Shown here one piece after another: positions 9,258 to 19,014 of a stretch of 64,000 nucleotides of DNA. The DNA comes from Smithellaceae bacterium. Lineage in GTDB: Bacteria; Desulfobacterota; Syntrophia; Syntrophales; Smithellaceae. The DNA is taken from the NCBI GenBank assembly GCA_963667845.2, contig CAXXVL010000002.1:1696001-1760000 (forward strand), in the 5' to 3' direction. Below the pieces are notes generated by a model. It saw only the letters and a program-made list of their open reading frames with translations, was not told the DNA's origin and searched no databases. The translations under genes were made by a program, and so were the position numbers. The first letter of the stretch is position 1. Each line of letters opens with the position of its first letter.

Positions 9258-10397
9258 TCAGGGCTGCGGTGAAGCATGGCCGATGCCCAGGGATTCTCCC
9301 AGGAGGCTGAGAATGGAAGTAACACGAGGCATTATATCCTGGACCTCACCGCCCAGAACCATCTGGCAGCCCGGACAATAAAGGCTCAACATATCCGCGC
9401 CGGTCTCACGGGCCTGCCTGAGCCTGGCGTCCCGGAAACTGTATCCCGGCTTTCCTGTTCCTGTGATCGCATAGGCGCCGCAGCATAAGGCGTCGTCCCC
9501 GGTGTTTTTCATTTCGACGACGCTGATGCCGGGGATCGCTTCCAGTATCTTCCGGGGCGAGTCCGAAGCGGGAGTGACTCCGCGGACGAAATGGCACGGG
9601 TCGTGAACCGTGACCGTGGCGTTGACTTCCTTGAGCGGACCCAGTTTGTCGAGTCGGTCGGCGATGAAATCCGTGATGAACGTCCATGACCAATCCGTTT
9701 GCGGATGGTGATGATCGAAAGTCATCTTGCACGTGGGACAGAAGATAACGACTTGCTCGGGGGCGAGGGCGCTGAGCCCTGCGATCAATTTATCGAATTG
9801 CCGGTGGGCGGCCTGGGGCTGTCCGGCCATGAACTGGAACTCTCCGCAGCAATACTCGTAACCGCCCAGGACCCGGACACCGGGATCGATGCGCTCCAGG
9901 ATCTTCAAGGTCGTATGCAGGACTGATCCTTCAATCAGGCCGAAGCAACTGGAGAAAAGAATCGTTTTCACGGGTTCGGGCTTCGGGCTTCCAATGGCCG
10001 TGATCAGCCGGTCCGGTTCGTCGAGGCGTTTCCGGAACGCCGGGACCGCACCTTCGAGGAGCGTTTCTCCCAGACTCATGATGGTCGCCACGCCTTTGGG
10101 CGGCCGATCCCCCAGCTTTTGCAGAATCGCCTTGCCCGTGCCGAAGGTCAGGCCGGGGTTCAGCGCCCGGGGACAGGAAGACAAACAGGTGTTGCAAAAC
10201 AGGCAGGAATAGATTCGCGTGCGGGCCAGTGGTCCGATCTTCCCGTGCCGGAAGAGATCGAGGATTTCTTCCATGATCGCCTGCGGTGAGGCGTCCTTGA
10301 GCTCCGTATGAGCGACCATGGGGCAGACCTCAACGCAAAGGCCGCAGGCCGTGCATTCTTCAGTAAATTGGTTGATCAGGCTTTGGGGATTCAGCAT
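9258..10397 (-). CDS. Fe-S / CCG-domain protein (HdrD/GlpC-like)
   Basis: Two CxxCxxCxxxCP motifs and two CCG domains; start placed at ATG 10397 (GTG 10448 is an alternative). Confidence 0.9.
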   Translation of the reverse strand: MLNPQSLINQFTEECTACGLCVEVCPMVAHTELKDASPQAIMEEILDLFRHGKIGPLARTRIYSCLFCNTCLSSCPRALNPGLTFGTGKAILQKLGDRPPKGVATIMSLGETLLEGAVPAFRKRLDEPDRLITAIGSPKPEPVKTILFSSCFGLIEGSVLHTTLKILERIDPGVRVLGGYEYCCGEFQFMAGQPQAAHRQFDKLIAGLSALAPEQVVIFCPTCKMTFDHHHPQTDWSWTFITDFIADRLDKLGPLKEVNATVTVHDPCHFVRGVTPASDSPRKILEAIPGISVVEMKNTGDDALCCGAYAITGTGKPGYSFRDARLRQARETGADMLSLYCPGCQMVLGGEVQDIMPRVTSILSLLGESLGIGHASPQP

Positions 10398-10631
10398 ATG
10401 TCCTCTCTGACTTCTGATGGCAGATCGATCTGCCTTTTCTCCTGACACGTTTGCGCTGTTTTAGCAATTGCCTATCCGCGCTTAAAGCGAAACCGCTTCT
10501 GACATAAGGATGTTTCAAAAAACAAAACCAGCAAACATGACTGCTGCCGGGGGGAAAAGTCCGTTGGCCACCTCATCCTTGCGCACGCGCGTCACGAGAC
10601 GATTCAGGCGGCTTACGGCTTCTCCAAATGC

Positions 10632-11042
10632 TTAAATCACGGCCGTTGCCTCGATTTCCAACAGCATGCTGTCGAAAAAGAGTTTCTTGATCTCCACCAA
10701 GGTGCTTGCCGGGTAATAATCGCCAAAGTATTTTTTGTAAATCTGGCTGCACTCTTTCCCTTTCGCTAAAAAGGTGTCCCGATCCGTACAGTATATCGTC
10801 AATCTTACAATGTCGGTCATCTTGGCACCGCCTACTGCCATGACCTCCTGAATGTTTTGCAGGATCTGTTCATATTGCCGGCAAATATCCCCTTCGCCGA
10901 CCAGGTGTCCCTCAGGGTCCGAAGCCCCCTGACCGGCCGCAAACAGCATCGTTCCACCGGTGGTTTTGACAAGATTGGAATAGCCGCGCGGCTTTTTCCA
11001 GGCAGGCGGATTCAGCACTTCCTTTGAAATTGCATTTCCCAT
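10632..11042 (-). CDS. RidA/YjgF family protein
   Basis: GYS, AGQ, YPASTLVEI, LLEIEATAV. Confidence 0.9.
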   Translation of the reverse strand: MGNAISKEVLNPPAWKKPRGYSNLVKTTGGTMLFAAGQGASDPEGHLVGEGDICRQYEQILQNIQEVMAVGGAKMTDIVRLTIYCTDRDTFLAKGKECSQIYKKYFGDYYPASTLVEIKKLFFDSMLLEIEATAVI

Positions 11043-11180
11043 GATTCTTTTTCCTCCTTAGCTTTTTTTAAGAACTTTTTCGCTTCAGAAAAGATTAGGC
11101 AAATTGTGATGGGATGTCAATGCCCTTGTTCGGATCTGCCGGCGCACCTGACGATGATTTTCCTCGAACGGTGTGGATGC

Positions 11181-11279
11181 AATCAACCACCTCGCAGAAA
11201 GCTGTCGAGGTATGAAATGAACGTCATCATATCGCGGCAAGCTGCGGAGAATTAACGCTCGTCGGGCTTAAGCGGGATT
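11181..11279 (-). repeat. Dispersed ~99 bp element, copy 2 (inverted)
   Basis: Reverse complement shares its first 43 nt exactly with copy 4. Confidence 0.9.
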
Positions 11280-11538
11280 AAATAATGTCCTATTTTTGAT
11301 GACGCCATTTTCCAAAACTCTATCGACCCTGTTCACCTTTTACGCATGGACAGTTTTTCATTGACATACAAGCCGGCCTTCTTTACAAATAATGTGAGCA
11401 AACCCAATAGTTGGCCGGATATCCAGCGGGAACATTGCTCCGGGATGAAGATTAATTCGGGCATGCGGGTTGCCGTTGTCGAAGATGGATCAAAATGCCT
11501 CAGCAGACCATTTCAAAATATCAGGAGGGAAAGAAGCG

Positions 11539-12381
11539 ATGAATAGCAAACCGGAATCAGCGCTGATGTTTTTGATCGTGATGGCGGTGCTCATTGCAGG
11601 CTGCGGAAACGAAGACAAGGCCAAAATAAGAAAGTTGTCGGATCTGGAAGGGAAGTCGATTGGGGTAAACGCTATCGGCATCTCCCGGGAGAGCTATGAG
11701 AAAGTTGTCACAGCCAATTTGGGGGTCAAGCCCCGGGATATCGTCTATTTCAACAGACTGGCGGATGCCTCTGCGGCGCTTCTGGCCGGAAAGGTCGATG
11801 CGGTTTACACACTGAGCGTCGTTGCCGACTACTATGCAAAAAGAAATAAGAAGCTCGACATTATTGCCGCAAAACGAAATCCGCAATTCAATGTTGTCAT
11901 GGCCGTACGTAGTGACGACGCCAAGTTGGGAGGAGACGTCAATAAGGCCCTTGCCGCGCTTGAGCAAAACGGCACCTTAAGCAGACTGCGCAAAGATTGG
12001 ATCACCAATTTGCCGCCCGATAACGAACCCGGTGTAAAACAGATCCCGAAAATTCCCGGCGCTAAGACGGTCCATGTCGGGGTATGCGGCGATTTGGTTC
12101 CCATGGACTATGTTGCGGCGGACGGCCGTCCGGCCGGCTATAATGTGGCCTTGCTCACGGAAATCGGGAAGTTGTCGAAAATTAATTTCGAGTTCGTTCC
12201 TCTGGAAAGTCAGGCGAAATTTGCCGCGCTCCAAAGCAAAAAGATCGACGTGATCTTCATTCATCTCTATGTTTCTCAGGTGAATAATAGTCTCCTGGCC
12301 GATGAATATACCAAAAGCAAGTGGACCCTGACCGACCCGTACTTCCAATTTTACGGTTCGTCGTTTTTGGTCAAAAAATGA
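11539..12381 (+). CDS. Polar amino-acid ABC substrate-binding lipoprotein, circularly permuted
   Basis: GGAGG RBS, lipobox IAGC, SBP_bac_3 segments present in swapped order. Confidence 0.85.
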   Translation: MNSKPESALMFLIVMAVLIAGCGNEDKAKIRKLSDLEGKSIGVNAIGISRESYEKVVTANLGVKPRDIVYFNRLADASAALLAGKVDAVYTLSVVADYYAKRNKKLDIIAAKRNPQFNVVMAVRSDDAKLGGDVNKALAALEQNGTLSRLRKDWITNLPPDNEPGVKQIPKIPGAKTVHVGVCGDLVPMDYVAADGRPAGYNVALLTEIGKLSKINFEFVPLESQAKFAALQSKKIDVIFIHLYVSQVNNSLLADEYTKSKWTLTDPYFQFYGSSFLVKK

Positions 12382-12391
12382 GCAGTCCTGT

Positions 12392-12489
12392 AATCGGGCT
12401 CACGCGGGACGAGCGTTAATTCCCTGTCCTTGCTGCGAAACGCTGACGTTCAATTCATACCTCGCGAGCTTGCTGCGAGGTGGTTGATT
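12392..12489 (+). repeat. Dispersed ~99 bp element, copy 3
   Basis: Alignment to other copies. Confidence 0.9.
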
Positions 12490-12683
12490 CGGGCTGCGAC
12501 GCGTCGGAAAGCCGTGTCAGTTGTCGTGTGATGTCCGTCCTGGAATGAGAAGGTTCGCAAGAGAAAAGAGTTGATAGCCGTCTAAAGAGAGCTCAGGGCC
12601 CGCATCCGTCAAAAGCCGGATTTGAGGAAAGTCAGGCGATTCCGGCGGTGATTTGACCTCGCTCTTCGGGAGCAAACTAAAAC

Positions 12684-13364
12684 ATGGACAGCTTCTTTGA
12701 ATCCGTGGCCGATTCCATTCGGGCTAATCTGCTGGCGGGGAATTCTTATCTGACCATTCTGGAAGGGCTCGGGGTGACCTTGATCATCTCCGCCCTCGGA
12801 ATATTGTTCGGCACGATCTGGGGGGCCGTCCTGTGTTCACTCGCGATGTCCCGAATCAAAATCTTCCAAAAAACCGCGCGGGGGATTATCGCCGTCCTGC
12901 GCGGCAGTCCGGTTCTGCTGATTCTGATGATTCTCTATTATGTTGTTTTTGCGGCGAGCCGAATCAATCCGGTGATCATTGCGGTGATCGGATTTGCACT
13001 CAACAGCGGCGCCCATATTGCCGAGGTCATGCGTTCGGCTCTCACGGCGGTGGATCAAAAGCAGATCGAAGCCGCCCGGATGCTGGGCTTCTCGCGCCTC
13101 AACGCGTTCCTGGCCGTTACCTTGCCTCAGGCGGGAAGGGTCGCCAAACCGGTTTATCAGAATGCCGTCATCAATCTCATCCAGTGGACCTCCGTCGTGG
13201 GGTATATCACGATCACGGACCTGACCCGGACCGTGAATAACATCGGCGCCAGAACGGGCGATCCTTTCTTTGCGCTTTTTCTGGCGGTTTTGATTTACCT
13301 GGGAATATCGTATCTCGTATACTTCCTGTTTTCTCTCGGAGAAAAGCGAGGTGACGCGGCATGA
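12684..13364 (+). CDS. Amino-acid ABC transporter permease
   Basis: RGSP.L, AEVMR, QIEAARMLG (EAA loop), TLPQA. Confidence 0.95.
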   Translation: MDSFFESVADSIRANLLAGNSYLTILEGLGVTLIISALGILFGTIWGAVLCSLAMSRIKIFQKTARGIIAVLRGSPVLLILMILYYVVFAASRINPVIIAVIGFALNSGAHIAEVMRSALTAVDQKQIEAARMLGFSRLNAFLAVTLPQAGRVAKPVYQNAVINLIQWTSVVGYITITDLTRTVNNIGARTGDPFFALFLAVLIYLGISYLVYFLFSLGEKRGDAA

Positions 13365-14461
13365 TCCTTGTCGAGGGTTTAAGTAAACGGTTCGGAGATC
13401 TCGTCGTATTGAAAGACGTAAATGTCCACATCCGGAAAGGGGAGTGCGTCGCCTTCATCGGGCCATCCGGAGCGGGCAAGAGTGTATTCCTCCGCAGCCT
13501 GGCGATGCTAACGCGTCCGGAGAATGGGCGGATCTTCATCAACGGCACCGATATCACCCGGAAGGGTACCGATCTGAACCGTGTCCGGGAAAAGATGGGG
13601 ATGGTCTATCAGGGATTTCATTTATTCCAGCATTTAAACGTGCTGGACAACATTACGCTTGCGCCGCGCTGGGTCAAAAAACAAAGCAGGGAAAGAGCGC
13701 AAGAGAAGGCCCGGGAACTGCTCTCCCTGGTTGGCCTCACCCAGAGAGCCGAGAGCTATCCGCGTGAACTCTCCGGCGGACAACAGCAGAGGATTGCCAT
13801 TGCCCGGTGCCTGGCGATGGAACCGGAAATCATGCTGCTGGATGAACCGACCTCGGCGCTCGACCCCACCATGACCCGTGAGGTGCTGGTGATTATCCGC
13901 AAACTGATCAAAATGGATCTGACGCTGCTCATTGTCACCCACGAAATGAACTTCGCCCGCGAGGCGGCGCAGCGGGTCCTCTATGTGGACGAAGGCGGAA
14001 TTTACGAAGAAGGGACCGCTGCCGATATTTTTGAGCATCCGCAAAAGGAAAAAACCCGGGCTTTCATAACGAGGCTTTCGACCTTCAATTACGAAATCCA
14101 CTCCCGTGATTTTGACATGGTGAGCATGAATGCCCAGATCGAGGTTTTCTGTTTAAAATATCACATGACGTCGAAACAGATTTCCCGGATTCAGCTCGTC
14201 CTCGAAGAACTCATTATGGAAATATTCAAATCCTGCTGCGCGGACAGGCAGCCGGACATGGCGTTTACGATTGCCTATGCCCAAGAGGCAGATGAAATAT
14301 CCATAGGCCTGACGTACCGGGGAGAGAATTTTGATCCCTTCCGTTATGCGGATGCCAAAGACGATCTCGATCATCTGGGGATGGTCATTGTCGGCAACAT
14401 GGTGAAGGGGCGCCAGCATTCATTTACCGACGGCCGAAACCGGATCAGTCTTAAATTTTAA
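13361..14461 (+). CDS. Amino-acid ABC ATPase (GlnQ-like) with extra C-terminal domain
   Basis: GPSGAGKS, LSGGQQQR, LLDEPTSALDP, then ~125 aa extension. Confidence 0.92.
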   Translation: MILVEGLSKRFGDLVVLKDVNVHIRKGECVAFIGPSGAGKSVFLRSLAMLTRPENGRIFINGTDITRKGTDLNRVREKMGMVYQGFHLFQHLNVLDNITLAPRWVKKQSRERAQEKARELLSLVGLTQRAESYPRELSGGQQQRIAIARCLAMEPEIMLLDEPTSALDPTMTREVLVIIRKLIKMDLTLLIVTHEMNFAREAAQRVLYVDEGGIYEEGTAADIFEHPQKEKTRAFITRLSTFNYEIHSRDFDMVSMNAQIEVFCLKYHMTSKQISRIQLVLEELIMEIFKSCCADRQPDMAFTIAYAQEADEISIGLTYRGENFDPFRYADAKDDLDHLGMVIVGNMVKGRQHSFTDGRNRISLKF

Positions 14462-14555
14462 TCCCGCTTAAGCCCGACGAGCGTTAATTCTCCGCAGCTT
14501 GCTGCGATAGAATAACGTTCCTTTCATACCCCGACAGCTTGCTCGGGTGGTTGAT
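14460..14555 (+). repeat. Dispersed ~99 bp element, copy 4
   Basis: Alignment; begins in the ATPase stop codon. Confidence 0.9.
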
Positions 14556-14631
14556 AGCCGGATAATAATTCGGAACGGATCATCGGAGGGGATTGCGGAT
14601 TGGGGTCGCGGCGGAAATGACGGCCCGTTTC

Positions 14632-15984
14632 CTACAGCTTAAGGAAATCCTTCGCATTGCCGTGCAGCAGCTTATCCGTAAACGGCGTATAGAAGTTGAA
14701 GTATTTGGTTAGCCCGCCGAGTTTGGCGTCCATCATGATCATGATGTAGTCCGTGCCGAACATCAGTTTGCTCCGCAGGCACTCATTTTGACGAATGACC
14801 TCCAGAATCTTTCCGGGCAGCTCTTTTTTCGCATGGTAAGATATATCCGTATAGACCAAGGCGTGATTCCGGATCATGGCGATGATGTCCTTCATCCAGG
14901 CTGTCTCGTTTGCTGCCAGCTGGTCACCGCCGCCGAAATGGGCGAAGTTGATGCGCAGGTTCGGAAACCGGGTTAAGACCGGCAGCCATTTTTCGGGCGC
15001 GGTGTAAAAGCGGCTCTTGTTGCCCCAAAGCGATTGGAAATCCTCCCAGTGATTATCTCCGGCCCAGCTTCGGACATAATTCTTTCCCCGGAAATTCTGC
15101 ATGCCGCCAGGCGAGCAGTGCAGCGTGATCGGGATATCAAATTTTTCGCAATATTCAAAAACCGGCTCCAGGTTCGGATGTGTCGGCAGATAACCCAGCG
15201 GCGGATAAATCTTGACGCCCTTAAAGACTCCTTTGCCTTTGTTAATCTTCATCTCGACAAGTTTCATGATGCCGATCCGTCTGGGGTCCACGGCCAGAAA
15301 CGGCTGCACCTGTCGGGGATATTTTCCGGCAAGCGCTTCCAGTTCCAGCATGTGTTTTTTGTAGCCAGGCGTTAGTTCGATTCCGTCATAGGGATCGGCG
15401 CCCCGGCGCAGTTTAAGGGGAGCGGCCAATAGTTCTTTTTTGGCGCCGTCGAAGACGGTGGTAAGTGTCCGGTCGGAAGATAATTGTCTTCTCGTTTTCG
15501 GCTGCTTGCGGATGTTCTCCGACACGAGACTCCGGATCATGGCGAAGTGTGCGTCAAAGTCTTCTTTCTGATTTTCGGATATGGCAAACGCTGCGATCTT
15601 CGGCGCGCCGCGGCCCGTTCTGCGCGAGGCTGTCTCTTCATCGGCGTTGTCGGAGAGCGCAAAATAAATGTCCATCATGAGCGGCGTCACCGCGAGCGAT
15701 GCGTCTTTGCCGGGCGAGCTTGCGTGAAAGCAATTCCTCGCCGTGTTAAAATTCCCTTCGCAATCCACTAAACTGACGTTCAGAAGCTTTGCGATCCAGG
15801 CGGCAAATTCTTTGACCCCGTCCAATTCTTTACCCGGTTCCCTGACGGCCTTTGTTTTGGCCGCGCCTTCTTCATGCGGGTAATTGCCCCGCAGATGATT
15901 CCACGTCGCGGCAGCAAGTTCCATCACGGCATACCGGGCATTGAAAAGATGGCAATGAACATCGATGACTTGCTTCGGGGCCAT
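14632..15984 (-). CDS. Amidohydrolase_2 family protein with large insertion
   Basis: IDVHCH, GVKIYPPLGY, LHCS, FAHFGG, FGTDY. Confidence 0.85.
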   Translation of the reverse strand: MAPKQVIDVHCHLFNARYAVMELAAATWNHLRGNYPHEEGAAKTKAVREPGKELDGVKEFAAWIAKLLNVSLVDCEGNFNTARNCFHASSPGKDASLAVTPLMMDIYFALSDNADEETASRRTGRGAPKIAAFAISENQKEDFDAHFAMIRSLVSENIRKQPKTRRQLSSDRTLTTVFDGAKKELLAAPLKLRRGADPYDGIELTPGYKKHMLELEALAGKYPRQVQPFLAVDPRRIGIMKLVEMKINKGKGVFKGVKIYPPLGYLPTHPNLEPVFEYCEKFDIPITLHCSPGGMQNFRGKNYVRSWAGDNHWEDFQSLWGNKSRFYTAPEKWLPVLTRFPNLRINFAHFGGGDQLAANETAWMKDIIAMIRNHALVYTDISYHAKKELPGKILEVIRQNECLRSKLMFGTDYIMIMMDAKLGGLTKYFNFYTPFTDKLLHGNAKDFLKL

Positions 15985-16115
15985 GATATTCTCCTTTCAG
16001 AGGTGCAGGCAAGGTTGTTTAAGGGTTATGTATATAATATCAGAATGTTAGAAGTAGTCAATCGTAATATTGTGTGATAGAAAGACCTCACGTAAAAATC
16101 ACGAGCCCAGCCGGG

Positions 16116-16144
16116 GGAACAAAAACCTTGTTGCGAATGTCTAA
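16116..16144 (+). promoter_or_regulatory. ECF (sigmaE-type) autoregulatory promoter
   Basis: GGAAC-N18-GTCTAA directly upstream of the ECF sigma gene. Confidence 0.7.
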
Positions 16145-16151
16145 ACCCATA

Positions 16152-16757
16152 GTGAACAAAAACGCGCCGCCGGCCGACGACGATCTCTCGTACGTTGCGG
16201 CCTGCCAAAAGGGCGATACGGAGGCATTTTCCGTTCTGGTCGAAAGGCATTCAAAAAAAATGCTCAACATCGCCTACCGGATGCTGGGCGATTACGACGA
16301 GGCGTGCGACGTGACCCAGGAGGCATTCCTGGCTGCTTTCCGGGCCATCGAACGGTTTAAGGCGGAAGCGAAATTTTCCACGTGGCTGTACCGGATCGTT
16401 GTTAACCATACGAAGAACAGGCTCCAGCAACGTCAGAGCCATTCGCTGCGCGAAGGGGTGTCGCTTGACGATCCCGCGCGGGAGCGTGCAGAATGCGCTG
16501 TTTGCGATACGGGATCGTGCGGCGGCGATCCGGGTGAACTCCTCGAACGCCGGGAGCTCGAAGCGCAGGTGCAAAAATGCATTTCGGCCCTCGATGGCGA
16601 TTATCGGGAAGTCCTCGTCATGCGGGACATCCAGGGGTTTGCGTATGACGAAATCCGGGATATTTTACAGATACCCGACGGGACCGTAAAGTCGCGGCTC
16701 TCCCGCGCGCGGCTGGCGATGAAGGATTGCCTCAAGAAGATCATAGGTGAGTTATGA
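16152..16757 (+). CDS. ECF RNA polymerase sigma factor
   Basis: DVTQEAF, FSTWLYRI, GTVKSRLSRAR; start uncertain (GTG 16152 preferred). Confidence 0.92.
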   Translation: MNKNAPPADDDLSYVAACQKGDTEAFSVLVERHSKKMLNIAYRMLGDYDEACDVTQEAFLAAFRAIERFKAEAKFSTWLYRIVVNHTKNRLQQRQSHSLREGVSLDDPARERAECAVCDTGSCGGDPGELLERRELEAQVQKCISALDGDYREVLVMRDIQGFAYDEIRDILQIPDGTVKSRLSRARLAMKDCLKKIIGEL

Positions 16758-17815
16758 AAGAATGTCGGGACATTGAGCATCTCCTGTCACTTTACCCGGA
16801 GGGCATTTTAACGGATGCGGAAAAGCAAGCCGTCGCAGAGCATCTGGCGGAGTGCGCGGCGTGCCGCAAAGAGTTGGCGTGTCTGCAAAAAGCCGGTCAA
16901 CTGGTCGATCAGCTTCCGCCCGTGGAGGTCCCGCCGTGGTTTGAGCAAAAAATCATGGCCCGGGTGCGCCAGGAGGCGGATAAGAAGAAGTCTGCAAGAA
17001 GATGGTTTTATCCGCTCGGGTTCAGGATTCCTGTCCAGATTGCGGCGACCCTGGTCATCGCCGTGCTCGCCGTCTACATTTACCGGTCCGGCAACGAGCA
17101 GGTGAAAGAGATCTTGCCGGGCGCTCCAAAACCCGCGGTGGAAATGCAAAAAGAGACACCGGCGCAGCTGCGCGACTCCGCGGAAAAGGTTTTGCCGCGG
17201 CGCCTGCCCGAAAGAAAAGCTGTCCTCCGGAAAGAGAAGAAAGAGGATAAGCAAGTAACCGGCGGTGCGGACTTGAGTGACAAGATGCAAAAATCAGAGG
17301 TGCCGGAGAGCAAACCCGGCGCCTCTTATAAGGCTGATGCCGCCAGAGCGAAATCGCTGGCCGAAAGCGAAGAGACGGCCGCGGGATCGCTTCGGGCCCC
17401 GCAAAATGAACCGGAAGCCGCAAAAGCAGAGGTAGCGCGGGACCAAAAAGCTGCGGACCATGCCCTGCCGGCCCAGGCAAGGAAGAAGGAGTCGTACAAA
17501 ACGGCGGCACCCGCCGCTGCTCCGCCGATTACGGCCTCCGTGAATGTGGCTCCCGAGGCCGTGGCTTCAGTCAAGGTTCATGATCCCGATGCCGCCCGGT
17601 TGGAAGTGGAGAAAATTCTTGCCGGATACGGCGCCGGGAATATTTCGCGGCAGCCGACCGAAGACGGCGTGACGATCCGCGCCCGGGTGCAAGGCAAACA
17701 CTGGAAAGACATTCTCGCGAAATTAAAAGCGACGGGGCCGGTGCAGGAAAAGATAACACCCGCCGATCCCGGAGACCGCGCCATCAGCGTGATGATCGAA
17801 ATTTCAGGCCAGTGA
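16754..17815 (+). CDS. Zinc-binding (ZAS/zf-HC2) transmembrane anti-sigma factor
   Basis: HLAECAAC motif, one TM helix, overlaps the sigma stop codon. Confidence 0.88.
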   Translation: MKECRDIEHLLSLYPEGILTDAEKQAVAEHLAECAACRKELACLQKAGQLVDQLPPVEVPPWFEQKIMARVRQEADKKKSARRWFYPLGFRIPVQIAATLVIAVLAVYIYRSGNEQVKEILPGAPKPAVEMQKETPAQLRDSAEKVLPRRLPERKAVLRKEKKEDKQVTGGADLSDKMQKSEVPESKPGASYKADAARAKSLAESEETAAGSLRAPQNEPEAAKAEVARDQKAADHALPAQARKKESYKTAAPAAAPPITASVNVAPEAVASVKVHDPDAARLEVEKILAGYGAGNISRQPTEDGVTIRARVQGKHWKDILAKLKATGPVQEKITPADPGDRAISVMIEISGQ

Positions 17816-17893
17816 CGGATGGGATAAGATGAGATTGCCAAAGCTCTAATCTGCGGGCGGTCTCACGACGGTTGGCTTTACCGGGGACCGACC

Positions 17894-18841
17894 TCAAGCT
17901 CCCTTGGTTTCCCCTATTTTTTGTGCTTTTAAAAAGCGCCTGGCGAAACGGGACAACCGCCGGGACACGGGAAGAGATTCGTTGATCTCTTTCAGGGAAT
18001 CCCGGGCGGCAATCTCTCCGCTCCTGATGAGATTGTGCGACCGGCTGAAGTCCGTCCAGTGCAGGTCTCCTACGTCCGGCCGGATGACGATATCGGCATT
18101 TTGAAGCTCGGCGGCTTCCAGGGCATTGGCCGTAATTTCGCCGGCCCGGTATAAAACATCTTTGGCCGTTTCGATGCCGGCATCGGCCGGCAAATCACGA
18201 TCCACCATGACGGCGATAACGACATCCGCTCCGGCCTGGCGCGCGGCATGGACGGGAACAAGACTGGTCACGCCTCCGTCGGCCAGAAGGCACTGGTCCA
18301 GGCGGACAGGTTCACAGGCGCCGGGAACGGAACTGCTTGCGAGGACGGCCTGACGCAGCGGCCCTTCGCTCAGAACCACCTGTTTACCGGTGATGAGGTC
18401 CGTGGTCACGGCGTAAAAGGGAATGCGGGTGTGGCGGATATCCACGTCGGGAAGAAGGTAATTGACGAGGGACTGAAAATCTTCAGTTGGAAGGATCGAA
18501 GGTTTGAATAAAGCCCGCGCCAGATAATATTGATTTCTCGTGAAGTTTTGTATCTTCTGGAAAAGAGTTTTCGGTCCCGGTGAAAACGACAGGCCGATGG
18601 ACTTGATGGCCGATTCCGCAAATTCGGGACTCTTCAGGTAGGCATCCACTTTTTCCGATATTTGCCGCGTCGTCAGGCCGGCCGCATAAGCGCCGCCGAT
18701 CAGTGCGCCGGCGCTGGTTCCCACGATGAGGTCAATGTCAATGCCTTCCTCGGCGAGAACATTGAGGACGCCGATATGAGCCAGGCCGCGTACACCGCCG
18801 CCGCCGAGCGCGAGGCCAACTTTCTTTCCGGTCCATTTCAT
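17894..18841 (-). CDS. Patatin-like phospholipase (RssA-like)
   Basis: LGGGGVRG, GTSAG, DGG motifs. Confidence 0.92.
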   Translation of the reverse strand: MKWTGKKVGLALGGGGVRGLAHIGVLNVLAEEGIDIDLIVGTSAGALIGGAYAAGLTTRQISEKVDAYLKSPEFAESAIKSIGLSFSPGPKTLFQKIQNFTRNQYYLARALFKPSILPTEDFQSLVNYLLPDVDIRHTRIPFYAVTTDLITGKQVVLSEGPLRQAVLASSSVPGACEPVRLDQCLLADGGVTSLVPVHAARQAGADVVIAVMVDRDLPADAGIETAKDVLYRAGEITANALEAAELQNADIVIRPDVGDLHWTDFSRSHNLIRSGEIAARDSLKEINESLPVSRRLSRFARRFLKAQKIGETKGA

Positions 18842-19014
18842 GATCAGCCGCTCCATCAGAATTCGGGAATAAAAAGATGTCGGCATCTTACCAATACGTG
18901 ATCGGACTGTCAATCATCCAAGATGGATCGGCAGCCGATCATCGGAAATCAATTGCCCCGGCAACGATGACGCGGAGGAAACGATATCGTTGCAGGCGTC
19001 CGGCGATCATGCAG

